Origin: Nannocystis bainbridge
Lineage (GTDB): Bacteria; Myxococcota_A; Polyangia; Nannocystales; Nannocystaceae
DNA length: 64,000 nucleotides
Direction of reading: 5' to 3'
Assembly: GCF_028368995.1 (NCBI RefSeq)
Contig: NZ_JAQNDL010000005.1
Location: 480,001-544,000, forward strand
The notes beneath the pieces were generated by a model, which saw only the letters and a program-made list of their open reading frames with translations, did not search any database and was not told the DNA's origin. A program made the position numbers and the translations under genes. How positions within the stretch are numbered: the stretch's first letter is position 1; each line of letters begins with the position of its first letter. Shown in pieces: positions 1-8,866 of the stretch.

Positions 1-839
1 GCTATCGCGGGGACCCCACCGCCTCGAGCCTCGTCGCGGCCGGCGAGGTCGTGCTCGCCAAGCCGCTCCCGGATCTGCTCCTGTCGGGCAACGCCTACCC
101 CTCCGAGCCCGGCGGCACCATGGGACACGTCAGCTTTCGCGTCGGTGCCTGGTCCAAGGATGCGCTGGTCTTCGGCGACCGCACATGGACGCGCGGCGTC
201 ACCGGGCTCCGTCCTGCTGCTCCGCAGCCGTTCGAGACGATGCCGCTGATCTACGAGCGCGCGTTCGGTGGCGCCGACCTCGACGCACGGCCGCCGCTGG
301 AGTGCGCCGAGAACCCGGTCGGCGTCGGTCTCGTCGGTTGCCAGGCCGGAGCGCCGTTGCCCAACCTCGAACACCCGCATCACCGCCTCGAGGCGCCCGG
401 CGATCGCCCACCGCCGCGAGCCTTCGGCCCGATCGCCCCGCACTGGCAGCCGCGGCGGAGCCTCCACGGCACCTTCGATGCGGCGTGGCAGCGCACGCGT
501 CTGCCGCTGCCCCCGCTCGATGGCGATCCGCGCGCGGCCCAGGTCGCGCCGCCCGATCAGGTCTACCCGACGATGTTGCGGGGCGACGAGGAGGTCGAGA
601 TCCGCGGAGCCCAGCCAGGCGGCGCGTGGTTGACGTTTCGCCTGCCTTCGATGCACGTGCAGGTGATCGTCCACGACGGAAAACACCGGCGCGCCTTGCC
701 GACCGCCCTCGACACCCTGCACGTCGACGCCGAGGCGCGCCGCCTCGACCTGACGTGGCGCGCGAGTTTGTCGGTGCACGAGCGATTCGACGAGCTCGCC
801 TGGGTGCTTGTCGACTCCGCGGGAGGACCGAGTGTCTGA
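1..839 (+). CDS. DUF2169 family T6SS accessory/adaptor protein (5' end runs off the window)
   Basis: Frame is open from position 3 (YRGDPTASSLVAAGEVVLAKP). Motifs typical of DUF2169: 'LVFGDRTW', 'PFETMPLIYERAFGG', 'NPVGVG', 'LPNLE', 'FGPIAPHWQPR', 'LDTLHVD..LTWR'. Lies upstream of a thiolase-like gene and a DUF4150 gene. Confidence 0.9.
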   Translation, partial: YRGDPTASSLVAAGEVVLAKPLPDLLLSGNAYPSEPGGTMGHVSFRVGAWSKDALVFGDRTWTRGVTGLRPAAPQPFETMPLIYERAFGGADLDARPPLECAENPVGVGLVGCQAGAPLPNLEHPHHRLEAPGDRPPPRAFGPIAPHWQPRRSLHGTFDAAWQRTRLPLPPLDGDPRAAQVAPPDQVYPTMLRGDEEVEIRGAQPGGAWLTFRLPSMHVQVIVHDGKHRRALPTALDTLHVDAEARRLDLTWRASLSVHERFDELAWVLVDSAGGPSV

Positions 840-1881
840 CGAACGCCTGGTCGTGACCGGGGCGGGCATGCGCACGCCGGTGGGGACCAACGCGCCCGGC
901 ACGTGTGGGGCGCTCCGGGCCGGCATCTCGCGCCTGGCAGCCTGGCCGCACTTCGGCTTCGCCGGCGAGCCCCTGAACGTCGGGGCCGTCGCCGCCGAGC
1001 GGAAGGACGCGCCGTGGGTCGAGAAGGCGGTCCCGATCGTCTCACCGGCGATCCACGAGGCGCTCTGGCAGGCTGGGCTTTATGCGTATACGTGGCACCG
1101 GCGCCGCGTGGGGCTGTTCTTCTCGACGCCGTCGCCGACCCGCCCCGGGGTATTGCCCGAACGACTCGCCAACTTTCGCGCGTATGTCGGCGACCTCTGG
1201 GCCGAGCTCGCGGGCAACGACCTCGTTCACTACGTCGAGCAGGCGCACGTCGGCGGCGCGCTCGCGTTGGCCCACGCGTCCGAGGCCGTGGCGAAGGGCG
1301 AACTCGACGCCGCGGTGGTCGCCGGCTTCGAGTCGTATTTGGACAGCGTCTACCTCGACGAACTCCTGGGCGACGGCCGCCTGCTCACCGCCGATCGCTC
1401 CAGCGGCATCATCCCGGGCGAGGCCGCCGCAGCGCTGGTGATCGAGACGGCGGAGACCGCCCGTCGCCGTCAGGCTCCCGCGCTCGCCACGATCGCCGCC
1501 CTGGCGCTCGAGCAGGAGCCGACCGGCTGGACGCCCATGCGCCCCTCGCAGGCCGAGGCGCTCGCACGCGCGCTGCAGGGCGCCCTCGCGGCGGACCCGG
1601 GCGCCGCGTATCACACGATCATCGTCGACCACACGGGCGAGCGCTGGCGGCCGCGCGAGTGGGCCCTCGTCGAGCCCCGGGCGCTCGGCTCGCTGCCGGA
1701 GGATTGGGCGCTCTGGCACCCCGTCGAGGGCATCGGCGACGTCGGCGCGGCCTTCGTCCCCCTCGCGGTCGGGTGGGCGACCCAGGCGTTCGCCCGCCGC
1801 TACGCCGGCCCGGGAGGTATCCTGGTCGGCGCCATGAACGACACCGGCGAGCGGGCCATCGTCGCGCTCATGCCCCCCTGA
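832..1881 (+). CDS. Thiolase/beta-ketoacyl synthase-like T6SS accessory protein, probably non-catalytic
   Basis: GTG at 832 follows a GGAGG RBS and overlaps the DUF2169 stop. KAS-like motifs 'VVTGAGMRTPVG', 'LRAGISR', 'GIIPGEAAAALV', 'IGDVGAA'. The usual catalytic Cys position reads 'QAHVGG'. Confidence 0.85.
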   Translation: MSDERLVVTGAGMRTPVGTNAPGTCGALRAGISRLAAWPHFGFAGEPLNVGAVAAERKDAPWVEKAVPIVSPAIHEALWQAGLYAYTWHRRRVGLFFSTPSPTRPGVLPERLANFRAYVGDLWAELAGNDLVHYVEQAHVGGALALAHASEAVAKGELDAAVVAGFESYLDSVYLDELLGDGRLLTADRSSGIIPGEAAAALVIETAETARRRQAPALATIAALALEQEPTGWTPMRPSQAEALARALQGALAADPGAAYHTIIVDHTGERWRPREWALVEPRALGSLPEDWALWHPVEGIGDVGAAFVPLAVGWATQAFARRYAGPGGILVGAMNDTGERAIVALMPP

Positions 1882-1890
1882 GAACCACGC

Positions 1891-3309
1891 ATGCCCGCCA
1901 CGGTCATCATCAACAACCTCACCGTCGTTCACAAGCAGAGCGGCGGGACGAGCGTCGCGGCGCCCGACGTGTGCAAGACGCCGACGCCGAGCGGGCCGGT
2001 GCCGCTGCCGTATGCCAACACCGCGCTCTCCCGCGACGTGGCGAAGGGCGGCAAGCGGACCCGCATCGACGGTCAGCCGCCCGCGCTCAAGTCGAGCACG
2101 TTCTCGAGCAGCGCCGGCAACGAGCCGGGCTCGCTCGGCGGAATCATCTCGGGCAAGACGAAGGGCCGGGCGAAGCCGCGGAGCTACTCGCTCGACGTCA
2201 AGGTCGAGAACCAGCCGGTGGTCCGCTTCACCGACGTGATGGTCCAGAACGCCGGCGCCGCTCCGAACGCGACCGGCATCATCAGCCAGCCGAGCGGCGC
2301 GGCGACCGGCCTCGATCCCGACAAGGTCGAGGTCGTCGAGTTGCGCTGGTCCACGACGAAGCTGTGCTGCGGAGACCCCGTCACGCTGCACGTGGCGACC
2401 CAGAACGCCAAGGACGGCCAGCCCGTCCAGGTCTGGGCGCGACGCACCGATCCGAGCCGATGGACGACGATGGAGGGGCTCGCCGTCGAGGTCCACGGCA
2501 ACAAGGCCGAGGTGCCGTGGATCTCGCGCTGGCGCTTCAAGTTCCGCGAGAACATCCCGGCGGTCGCGGCCCAGGAGACGCTCAAGGGCGCGCAGAAGAG
2601 CAGCAACGCCCTGGAATTCCAGAACCCTCCCGCGCAGGCGAAGCAGACGATCCACGCAGCCACGCATTGGGCGTGGAAGTTCGTCTTCGACGACACGCTC
2701 CAGAAGTGGATCAAGAATGGCGAACACTACGCGTGGGAGGTCGCCTTCGACATCGCTATCGCCGACGGCTGGATGATCGTGCGCCGCGAGCTGGACTTCA
2801 ACCTCCGCTCGGGACAGGCGCCGGTAAGTCCGCTGACATGGCGCGCGTGGGCGCAGGAGATCGAGGCGGTGTGGGACCGCAAGTTCTACTTTCACCGCGT
2901 CGACTGCAAGCGAGAGCACCGCTGCGACTGCAGCCTCATAGGCTGCTGCAAGTATCCGCTGCGGATCTTCGCCAAGCAGGGCGCGGCCCACGGCGAGGTC
3001 GATCTGTTCGAGGGCGCGCCGCGGGCGAAGAATTGGGGCAAGCCGGATCTCTGGTGGTACTCGCACACGTGGTGGACGGAGCTCGGCGAAGCCAACGGCT
3101 ACGTGCGAGCGCACGAGTTCGGTCACCTCATCGGCTGCTACGATGAATACAAGGGCGGCGCCTGCCAGACCGGCGGTCATTGGGTCGGGGCCCCCAACAG
3201 CATCATGAACGACGGCAGGACCGTGTTCCCGCGGCACGTGGAGACCTTCCGCAAGATGTTCTCGGCGGCGAGCCCCGTCGTCGGCGCGGTGCGCACGGTA
3301 CGGGTTTAA
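1891..3309 (+). CDS. DUF4150 (PAAR-like, PIPY) spike-tip protein fused to a C-terminal HExxH zinc-metallopeptidase toxin domain
   Basis: N-terminus 'PDVCKTPTPSGPVPLPYAN...SAGNEPGSLGGIISG...SLDVKVENQPVVRFTD' is the DUF4150 signature. C-terminus has 'AHEFGHLIGCYDEY...SIM' (HExxH at about nt 3112). Confidence 0.85.
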   Translation: MPATVIINNLTVVHKQSGGTSVAAPDVCKTPTPSGPVPLPYANTALSRDVAKGGKRTRIDGQPPALKSSTFSSSAGNEPGSLGGIISGKTKGRAKPRSYSLDVKVENQPVVRFTDVMVQNAGAAPNATGIISQPSGAATGLDPDKVEVVELRWSTTKLCCGDPVTLHVATQNAKDGQPVQVWARRTDPSRWTTMEGLAVEVHGNKAEVPWISRWRFKFRENIPAVAAQETLKGAQKSSNALEFQNPPAQAKQTIHAATHWAWKFVFDDTLQKWIKNGEHYAWEVAFDIAIADGWMIVRRELDFNLRSGQAPVSPLTWRAWAQEIEAVWDRKFYFHRVDCKREHRCDCSLIGCCKYPLRIFAKQGAAHGEVDLFEGAPRAKNWGKPDLWWYSHTWWTELGEANGYVRAHEFGHLIGCYDEYKGGACQTGGHWVGAPNSIMNDGRTVFPRHVETFRKMFSAASPVVGAVRTVRV

Positions 3310-3321
3310 AAGGGTATCCCC

Positions 3322-4170
3322 ATGACCGATCTCCTCTGGCCTTTCAAACTTCACCAATCGATCCCCAGCTACTCGCGCGGCGAGCTCGGCGCATCGCTCG
3401 ACGCCGACGGCAGCTTCCATTTCTGGACGCCGGGTGTGATCCGCGGCCGCCCCGAGATCGGCTCCTACGTCCACGAGTTCCCTCCCCAGCGAGCGCTCGA
3501 CTTCCGCGCCATGGTCGAGCAGGCTGGGGTCTGGGACTTGCCGCGGCTCAAGGCCCTGCGGCCGGAGCAGCCGCACGTGTTCATGATGGCAGGCGCTTGG
3601 GAAGGCCCCAAGCGCTCGGTGATGTGGGCGATCGACGCAGTGCCCACCGAGGTCCTGCCGATCATGGACGCGTTTCACAAAATGGTCGACGAGGCGTTCT
3701 CCAGCCCACTCAAGGTGCTCGCGGGCGCCGCTCGCTGGACAGCGCCGAGCTTCTCGGCCCGCGACTTGTTCCAGCTCGAGCTCACCCTGAGCAACAAGGG
3801 GACCCAGCAAATCTCGCTGCAGGACCCGATGGGGCTCGATGCCCGCGGCTCGCTGCTGACCCTGCTCATCTCGCAGGTGCCGACCCGGGAGTTCCCGTCG
3901 CCGACACCGAACCGCGTCACCATCACGCCCCCGATGCTCTCCCGACCCGACCAGGCCCAGCCCCACGCCAAAAAGCCGCCAGGTTCGCGCCTCACGCTCG
4001 CGCCAGGCGAGTCGGTGCGGTTCGCCGTCTCGACCTCGGCTTTCCTGTCGCCAGCCGAGCACCGGGCGGTCCTGCTCCTCGACACGGGGGACAACGCGCA
4101 GACCCCGAAGGACCATGTGCGCGGCGTCCTCGCCATGGACATGCCGTCCGTCCACATTGTCCATCCGTGA
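3322..4170 (+). CDS. Hypothetical protein, putative cognate immunity protein
   Basis: 282-aa ORF starting 12 bp after the effector stop; no recognisable family. The immunity call rests on position only. Confidence 0.55.
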   Translation: MTDLLWPFKLHQSIPSYSRGELGASLDADGSFHFWTPGVIRGRPEIGSYVHEFPPQRALDFRAMVEQAGVWDLPRLKALRPEQPHVFMMAGAWEGPKRSVMWAIDAVPTEVLPIMDAFHKMVDEAFSSPLKVLAGAARWTAPSFSARDLFQLELTLSNKGTQQISLQDPMGLDARGSLLTLLISQVPTREFPSPTPNRVTITPPMLSRPDQAQPHAKKPPGSRLTLAPGESVRFAVSTSAFLSPAEHRAVLLLDTGDNAQTPKDHVRGVLAMDMPSVHIVHP

Positions 4171-4545
4171 GAATGCACGGACGCCCGTTCTCCACGACAG
4201 GTGCCCGCGTGGCGGAGAACTCCATCGGGTGAATCGAAATGCTCCGATCGCGGTGGGAGTGGCCCCTTCACGGGCGATTTCGTTCCCCTTGTGTACTGAA
4301 TGTCTCAAAGGACATGTGTCTCCCGCGACCTCGGCGCCGCGCACACGGCCACGCGCTGCGACCGCCTGTCTCGCTCGTGGAAGTCGCGCATCCGCGACAT
4401 CCGGGGATCGCGCGTCCGCTGACGCGTGGACAGAGGTCCGCCTCGCGCGCTCCGATCCCGATCGTCGGCGCTCGCCTTGTTGAGCGCGGACGCGCTTGCT
4501 AGGGTGGCGCCCGGGCCTCCTCGGCGACGAGGACGGGGGGATGCG

Positions 4546-6720
4546 GTGGAATCAGAGCTGCTGGTAGCGAAGATGATCGGGGGCAACTCGGCCCGCTTCG
4601 AGGTCGAGGGCTCGGTGAACCAGTACTTCGTGATCCGCTTCTCCGGCGTCGAGGCGGTCTCGGAGCTGTACGAGTTCCAGATCGAGGTCACCTCGCGCTT
4701 CGTCAGCGTCGACGAGTTGGTCGGCTCGCTCGCGCGGCTGCGGCTGGCCGGCATCGACCGCGCCCCGCGTGAGCTCCACGGCCTGATCTGCCGCGCCGAA
4801 TACGTCGGCGAGATGCCGCCGCGCTCGCTGTACAGAGTCACCCTCGTCCCCGAGCTGTGGCGCCTCAAGCTGCGCACCAACAGCCGGATCTTCCAGCACA
4901 TGTCGACCCCGGAGATCGTGACGGCGATCCTCGACGAATCGGGCATCCAGCACCAGCCACGCCTCGCGGCCTCGTACGCGCCGCGCGACTTCTGCGTGCA
5001 ATACCGCGAGAGCGACCTCGCCTTCGTCCGCCGTTTGATGGAGGAGGACGGGATCGCCTTCTACTTCGAGCACGGCGCCGAGAACCACACCCTCGTGCTG
5101 TCGGACATCCACACCGGTCACGCCAAGATCGAGGGCGACCCGAAGCTGCCCTTCCGCATCGACGAGCAGGTCCGCGGCGGCGAGCACGTCCGCAAGTTCT
5201 CGCTCGGCCAGCAGATCACCTCCGACGCCACGGCCGTCCGCGACTACGATCTGCACGCCTCGCAGGACATCGAGGCGCGCCAGGGCGCCGGCCGGCTCGA
5301 GCTGTACGACGCCCCGATCGGCGCGCGCGCGCCGGCCCACGCGACGGCGCAGGCGAAGATCCGCCTCGAAGAGGCGCGCGTGCCCGGGGTCGTCGCCACC
5401 GGCACCAGCGACTGCCCGCGGCTCGTCCCCGGCCACGCCTTCACGCTCGAGGGCCACCTCCGCGGCGAGCTCGACGGCGAGTACCACGTCCTGCGCGCGG
5501 TCCACCGCGGCGAGCAGCCGCGGATCGTCTATGCCGACGCCGAGCTGGTGTACGACAACGACTTCGTGGCGGTCCCGGTGGCCACGCCGTACCGCCCGCC
5601 GCGTCTCACGCCGCGGCCGACGATCCGCGGCGTGCAGGTCGCCACCGTCGTCGGCCCCGCCGGCGAGGAGATCTACGTCGACCCGCAAGGCCGCGTGAAG
5701 GTGCAGTTTCACTGGGACCGCAGCGGCCGGTACAGCGAGCTGAGCTCGTGCTGGGTGCGCGTCAGCCAGGCGTGGGCCGGCCCCGCCTACGGCTCGATGT
5801 TCATCCCGCGGATCGGTCACGAGGTGTTGGTCGAGTTCATCGAGGGCGACCCCGATCGACCGATCATCACCGGACGGATCTACGACGGCACCCGCGGCCC
5901 GCCGTACCCGCTGCCGGACGAGAAGACCAAGAGCACGATCAAGTCGGACTCGAGCCCCGGCGGCGGCGGCTTCAACGAGCTGCGCTTCGAGGACGCCAAG
6001 GGCGCCGAGGAGATCTACGTCCACGCCCAGCTCGACATGAACACCGACGTCCTGCGCGACGCCACCCGCGATGTCGGCCGCGACGACCACCTGACCGTCG
6101 CCAACAATCAAACCGAGGCCGTCGGCGTCGACCGCACCGCGTCCGTCGGCAACAACGAGACGATGACGGTCGGCCAGCACCAGACCACCACGATCGGCGG
6201 CGACCAGACCACCGTCATCGACGCCAACCAGACCACCACCGTCACCGGCGGCCAGGACACCGTCGTCGGCGGCGACCAGACCATCAGCGTGTACGGCCAC
6301 ATCCTGACCGCCGCAGCCGCCGACAACGCGCTGGCCGTCGGCGGCGACCAGCACGTGCAGATCCAGGGCCTGCGCACCCTCGAGGTCGGCCTCGACCAGC
6401 GCACCACCGTGCTCGGCAACATCACCTGCGACGTCGGCATGAGCGTCCAGGCCACGATCGGCACCGACGCGGTCGTCAACGTCGGGGCCAACCACTACCT
6501 GATCGTCGGCGGCGAGCGCTATGCAGCCGTCGGCGGCAACGACTCGGTGATCGCCGCCGGCGCCGTGACGATCTCGGCGGCGACCATCACCCTGACCGCC
6601 GGCGGCTCGGCGATCACCCTCTACCCCGGCGGCATCGACATCTCCACCGGGGGCACCGTCTCCATCAACGGCTCACTCGTCACCGTCAACATGGCGGCGA
6701 TGGGTGGCGGCCTGTTCTGA
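4546..6720 (+). CDS. vgrG: Type VI secretion system tip protein VgrG/TssI (start GTG 4546 or ATG 4573)
   Basis: 'FSGVEAVSELYEF', 'SRIFQ', 'FCVQYRESDLAFVRRLMEEDGI', 'GVQVATVVGPAGEEIYVD..GRVKVQFHWDR', 'SCWVRVSQAWAG', 'IPRIGHEV.V.F.EGDPDRP', 'FNELRFEDAKGAEEIYVHAQ', followed by 8-aa gp5-like beta-helix repeats (VGxDQTxT). Confidence 0.97.
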   Translation: MESELLVAKMIGGNSARFEVEGSVNQYFVIRFSGVEAVSELYEFQIEVTSRFVSVDELVGSLARLRLAGIDRAPRELHGLICRAEYVGEMPPRSLYRVTLVPELWRLKLRTNSRIFQHMSTPEIVTAILDESGIQHQPRLAASYAPRDFCVQYRESDLAFVRRLMEEDGIAFYFEHGAENHTLVLSDIHTGHAKIEGDPKLPFRIDEQVRGGEHVRKFSLGQQITSDATAVRDYDLHASQDIEARQGAGRLELYDAPIGARAPAHATAQAKIRLEEARVPGVVATGTSDCPRLVPGHAFTLEGHLRGELDGEYHVLRAVHRGEQPRIVYADAELVYDNDFVAVPVATPYRPPRLTPRPTIRGVQVATVVGPAGEEIYVDPQGRVKVQFHWDRSGRYSELSSCWVRVSQAWAGPAYGSMFIPRIGHEVLVEFIEGDPDRPIITGRIYDGTRGPPYPLPDEKTKSTIKSDSSPGGGGFNELRFEDAKGAEEIYVHAQLDMNTDVLRDATRDVGRDDHLTVANNQTEAVGVDRTASVGNNETMTVGQHQTTTIGGDQTTVIDANQTTTVTGGQDTVVGGDQTISVYGHILTAAAADNALAVGGDQHVQIQGLRTLEVGLDQRTTVLGNITCDVGMSVQATIGTDAVVNVGANHYLIVGGERYAAVGGNDSVIAAGAVTISAATITLTAGGSAITLYPGGIDISTGGTVSINGSLVTVNMAAMGGGLF

Positions 6721-6738
6721 GCATCGACCGGAGGACCC

Positions 6739-8856
6739 GTGCCCAGCAGAATCGACACCTCGGTCAACACCTCCTCCTCCACGGTCGTCGTCGACGTCCC
6801 CAGCACCGACATCCCGACCCGCCCGCGCGCGTCGTCGATGTCCGCGTTCGACCCCAACCGCCCCCCGCCGACGCAACCGCTCGGCGCGCCGACCTCCTCG
6901 CCGTCGCTCGCGCCTCCGCCCGGCGGCGGAACCCTGCCCCCGCTGGTCGGCGCCGGGACGACCGTCACCGTCCCCGCCGGCCCTCCGGCCCCCCGCGCTC
7001 GCGCCCAGAGCTGGTCGATGGGACAGACGGTGGGAGGCGGCGGTGCGCTGATCACCTTCGCGCGAACCCCCGCCCCCAGCGCGACCACCACGAGCTCCAG
7101 CTCCAACTCGACGACGAGCACCTCCAGCTCCTCGAACTCGAACCCCAGTTCGGCCTCGAACACCTCGAGCCCCACGGATTCCAACTCCACGACGAGCAGC
7201 TCCGACTCCACGACCTCCAGCTCGGCGACTACCACGTCCCCCGACCCGACCGTCGACGGTTCGAATCCATCACGACAGCCCCCGACCGTCCTCCTCCCCA
7301 CCACCACCACCACCACCACCACATCCGACCCGCTCCTCGGCGACCCATCGCAGCAGGCCCCGACGGTCGTCGACCCGCTCCCGCCCCCGCCGCAAAAGCT
7401 CCCGCCGAAGCCGTGGCCGAACCCCGACCGCCCGGACAAGCGCCACATCCGGCTGGCGACCGCGGGCATCAATACAAAGGCGAAAGGCGAGGGAACGGCT
7501 CACCGCAACGAGCTCGTCACGAACGCCCTCCAGGACCCCGACGACGTCACCGGACCGACGCGGAGCGACCTCGACTTCGTCGCCACGTCTTTCGAGGTGA
7601 TGCCGAGCCTCAACCTCAGAATGCGCACGGGCGTGCTCGCGGAGGCCCACCAGCGCCTCTTCAAGATCCGCGAAGCCCTGCACGGAAGGCGGCCGATCTC
7701 GGGGCTGGAGGACCTGCATGGATCGACCCTGAAGTGGGCCGACGGCGCGCTCGCCGAGGCCGACGCCACCAAGGATGTCGACCAGCGACTGGCGCAGCTC
7801 CGAGAGGCCTATCACTCGCTCCGCGAAGCCCACGCCCTCACCTTGCACGGAGAAGACCCCGACGCGGTGTGCGACTACCTCGACAAGTGCCTCGCCGAAG
7901 CCGAAGCCGACGCGGCGGCCGACCGCGCCCACTTCTCCGCGGTGTCGAGCAACCAGTCGGTGCAGAAGCTGTACGTCGCGCCCGAGTGGATGTTCCGCCG
8001 CAGCGCCGGCGCCCCCTACTCGACGGCGGAGTTCAAGCGCATCGCCGCGCGGGTCACGGCGATCAGCAACAAGTACCCCGACTGGCTGATCATCCCCGGC
8101 ACCGTCTATTACGGCGAGCCCATCGGCGACGGGAAGTTCTTCGTCCGCAACGAGGCGCTGGTCGCCCACGCCGGGGACCTGCGCGTGGTCAGCAAGCAGC
8201 ACGAGCAGGACGCCATGGCTGCGAACGAGGTGTGGTACCCGCGGCCGAACGAGTCGACGCGCTTCAAGGCCGGCGGCCACACGTACGCCGTCGAGATCTG
8301 CCGCGATCACTACAAGGCCATCGCGGCCGAGGAGTCCGACGACCTCGTCGATTTTCACGTGATCACCTCGAACGGGGTCGCCGTGGCGCCCCACGCGGTC
8401 GCCGCCCGCGACGGCGGCCTCGTCGTGCACGTCGACGGCCAATTCGGCGCGACGACCGTCTATCGCGTCCAGTGGCGCGAGAACCCGAACGCCGGCGAGG
8501 CCAAGGAATTCAGAGAGCGGGCCAGAGCAATGCGGCGAGAGATCACCGCGCTGGACATCGAGTGGACGGCCGGCAACGCCGAGGCGAGCAAGCTCCAGGC
8601 GCAGATCTCGCAGCGGAAGGCGAAGATGCGGCAGCAGGGCAAGTTCAACAAGGACGATGCCACGCTCAAACGGCTGGAGAAGCAACGCGAGGAGCTCGAC
8701 GACGCGGGCTGCAACATCATGCTGCGGCAGAAGGCGGTCAGCAACAAGCTCAACGCGGAGGCCGCGAAGTTCCTCGAGCTCGCGCCTATCTCCGGCGGCG
8801 ACGGGATCCAGATCCCCGAGAATCTCCTCGAGCTGGATCGGGACCGGTACGCCTAG
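6739..8856 (+). CDS. Putative T6SS cargo effector: S/T/P-rich N-terminus, carbon-nitrogen hydrolase (nitrilase-fold) domain, C-terminal coiled coil
   Basis: GTG preceded by a GGAGG RBS, 18 bp after vgrG. Motifs 'LYVAPEWMF' (E416), 'LIIPGT', 'VRNEALV', 'VSKQH' (K486), 'AVEICRDH' (C521) occur in nitrilase triad order and spacing. Confidence 0.7.
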   Translation: MPSRIDTSVNTSSSTVVVDVPSTDIPTRPRASSMSAFDPNRPPPTQPLGAPTSSPSLAPPPGGGTLPPLVGAGTTVTVPAGPPAPRARAQSWSMGQTVGGGGALITFARTPAPSATTTSSSSNSTTSTSSSSNSNPSSASNTSSPTDSNSTTSSSDSTTSSSATTTSPDPTVDGSNPSRQPPTVLLPTTTTTTTTSDPLLGDPSQQAPTVVDPLPPPPQKLPPKPWPNPDRPDKRHIRLATAGINTKAKGEGTAHRNELVTNALQDPDDVTGPTRSDLDFVATSFEVMPSLNLRMRTGVLAEAHQRLFKIREALHGRRPISGLEDLHGSTLKWADGALAEADATKDVDQRLAQLREAYHSLREAHALTLHGEDPDAVCDYLDKCLAEAEADAAADRAHFSAVSSNQSVQKLYVAPEWMFRRSAGAPYSTAEFKRIAARVTAISNKYPDWLIIPGTVYYGEPIGDGKFFVRNEALVAHAGDLRVVSKQHEQDAMAANEVWYPRPNESTRFKAGGHTYAVEICRDHYKAIAAEESDDLVDFHVITSNGVAVAPHAVAARDGGLVVHVDGQFGATTVYRVQWRENPNAGEAKEFRERARAMRREITALDIEWTAGNAEASKLQAQISQRKAKMRQQGKFNKDDATLKRLEKQREELDDAGCNIMLRQKAVSNKLNAEAAKFLELAPISGGDGIQIPENLLELDRDRYA

Positions 8857-8866
8857 TCATCCGGCG

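Noticed and set aside
832-1881. Ketosynthase as evidence of a PKS/fatty-acid cluster
   Set aside because: No ACP or AT genes nearby, the catalytic Cys appears absent, and the context is DUF2169/DUF4150.
6040-6690. 24-bp periodic repeats (gtcggcggcgaccag...) as a possible CRISPR or other array
   Set aside because: They encode the normal 8-aa beta-helix repeats of the VgrG C-terminus.
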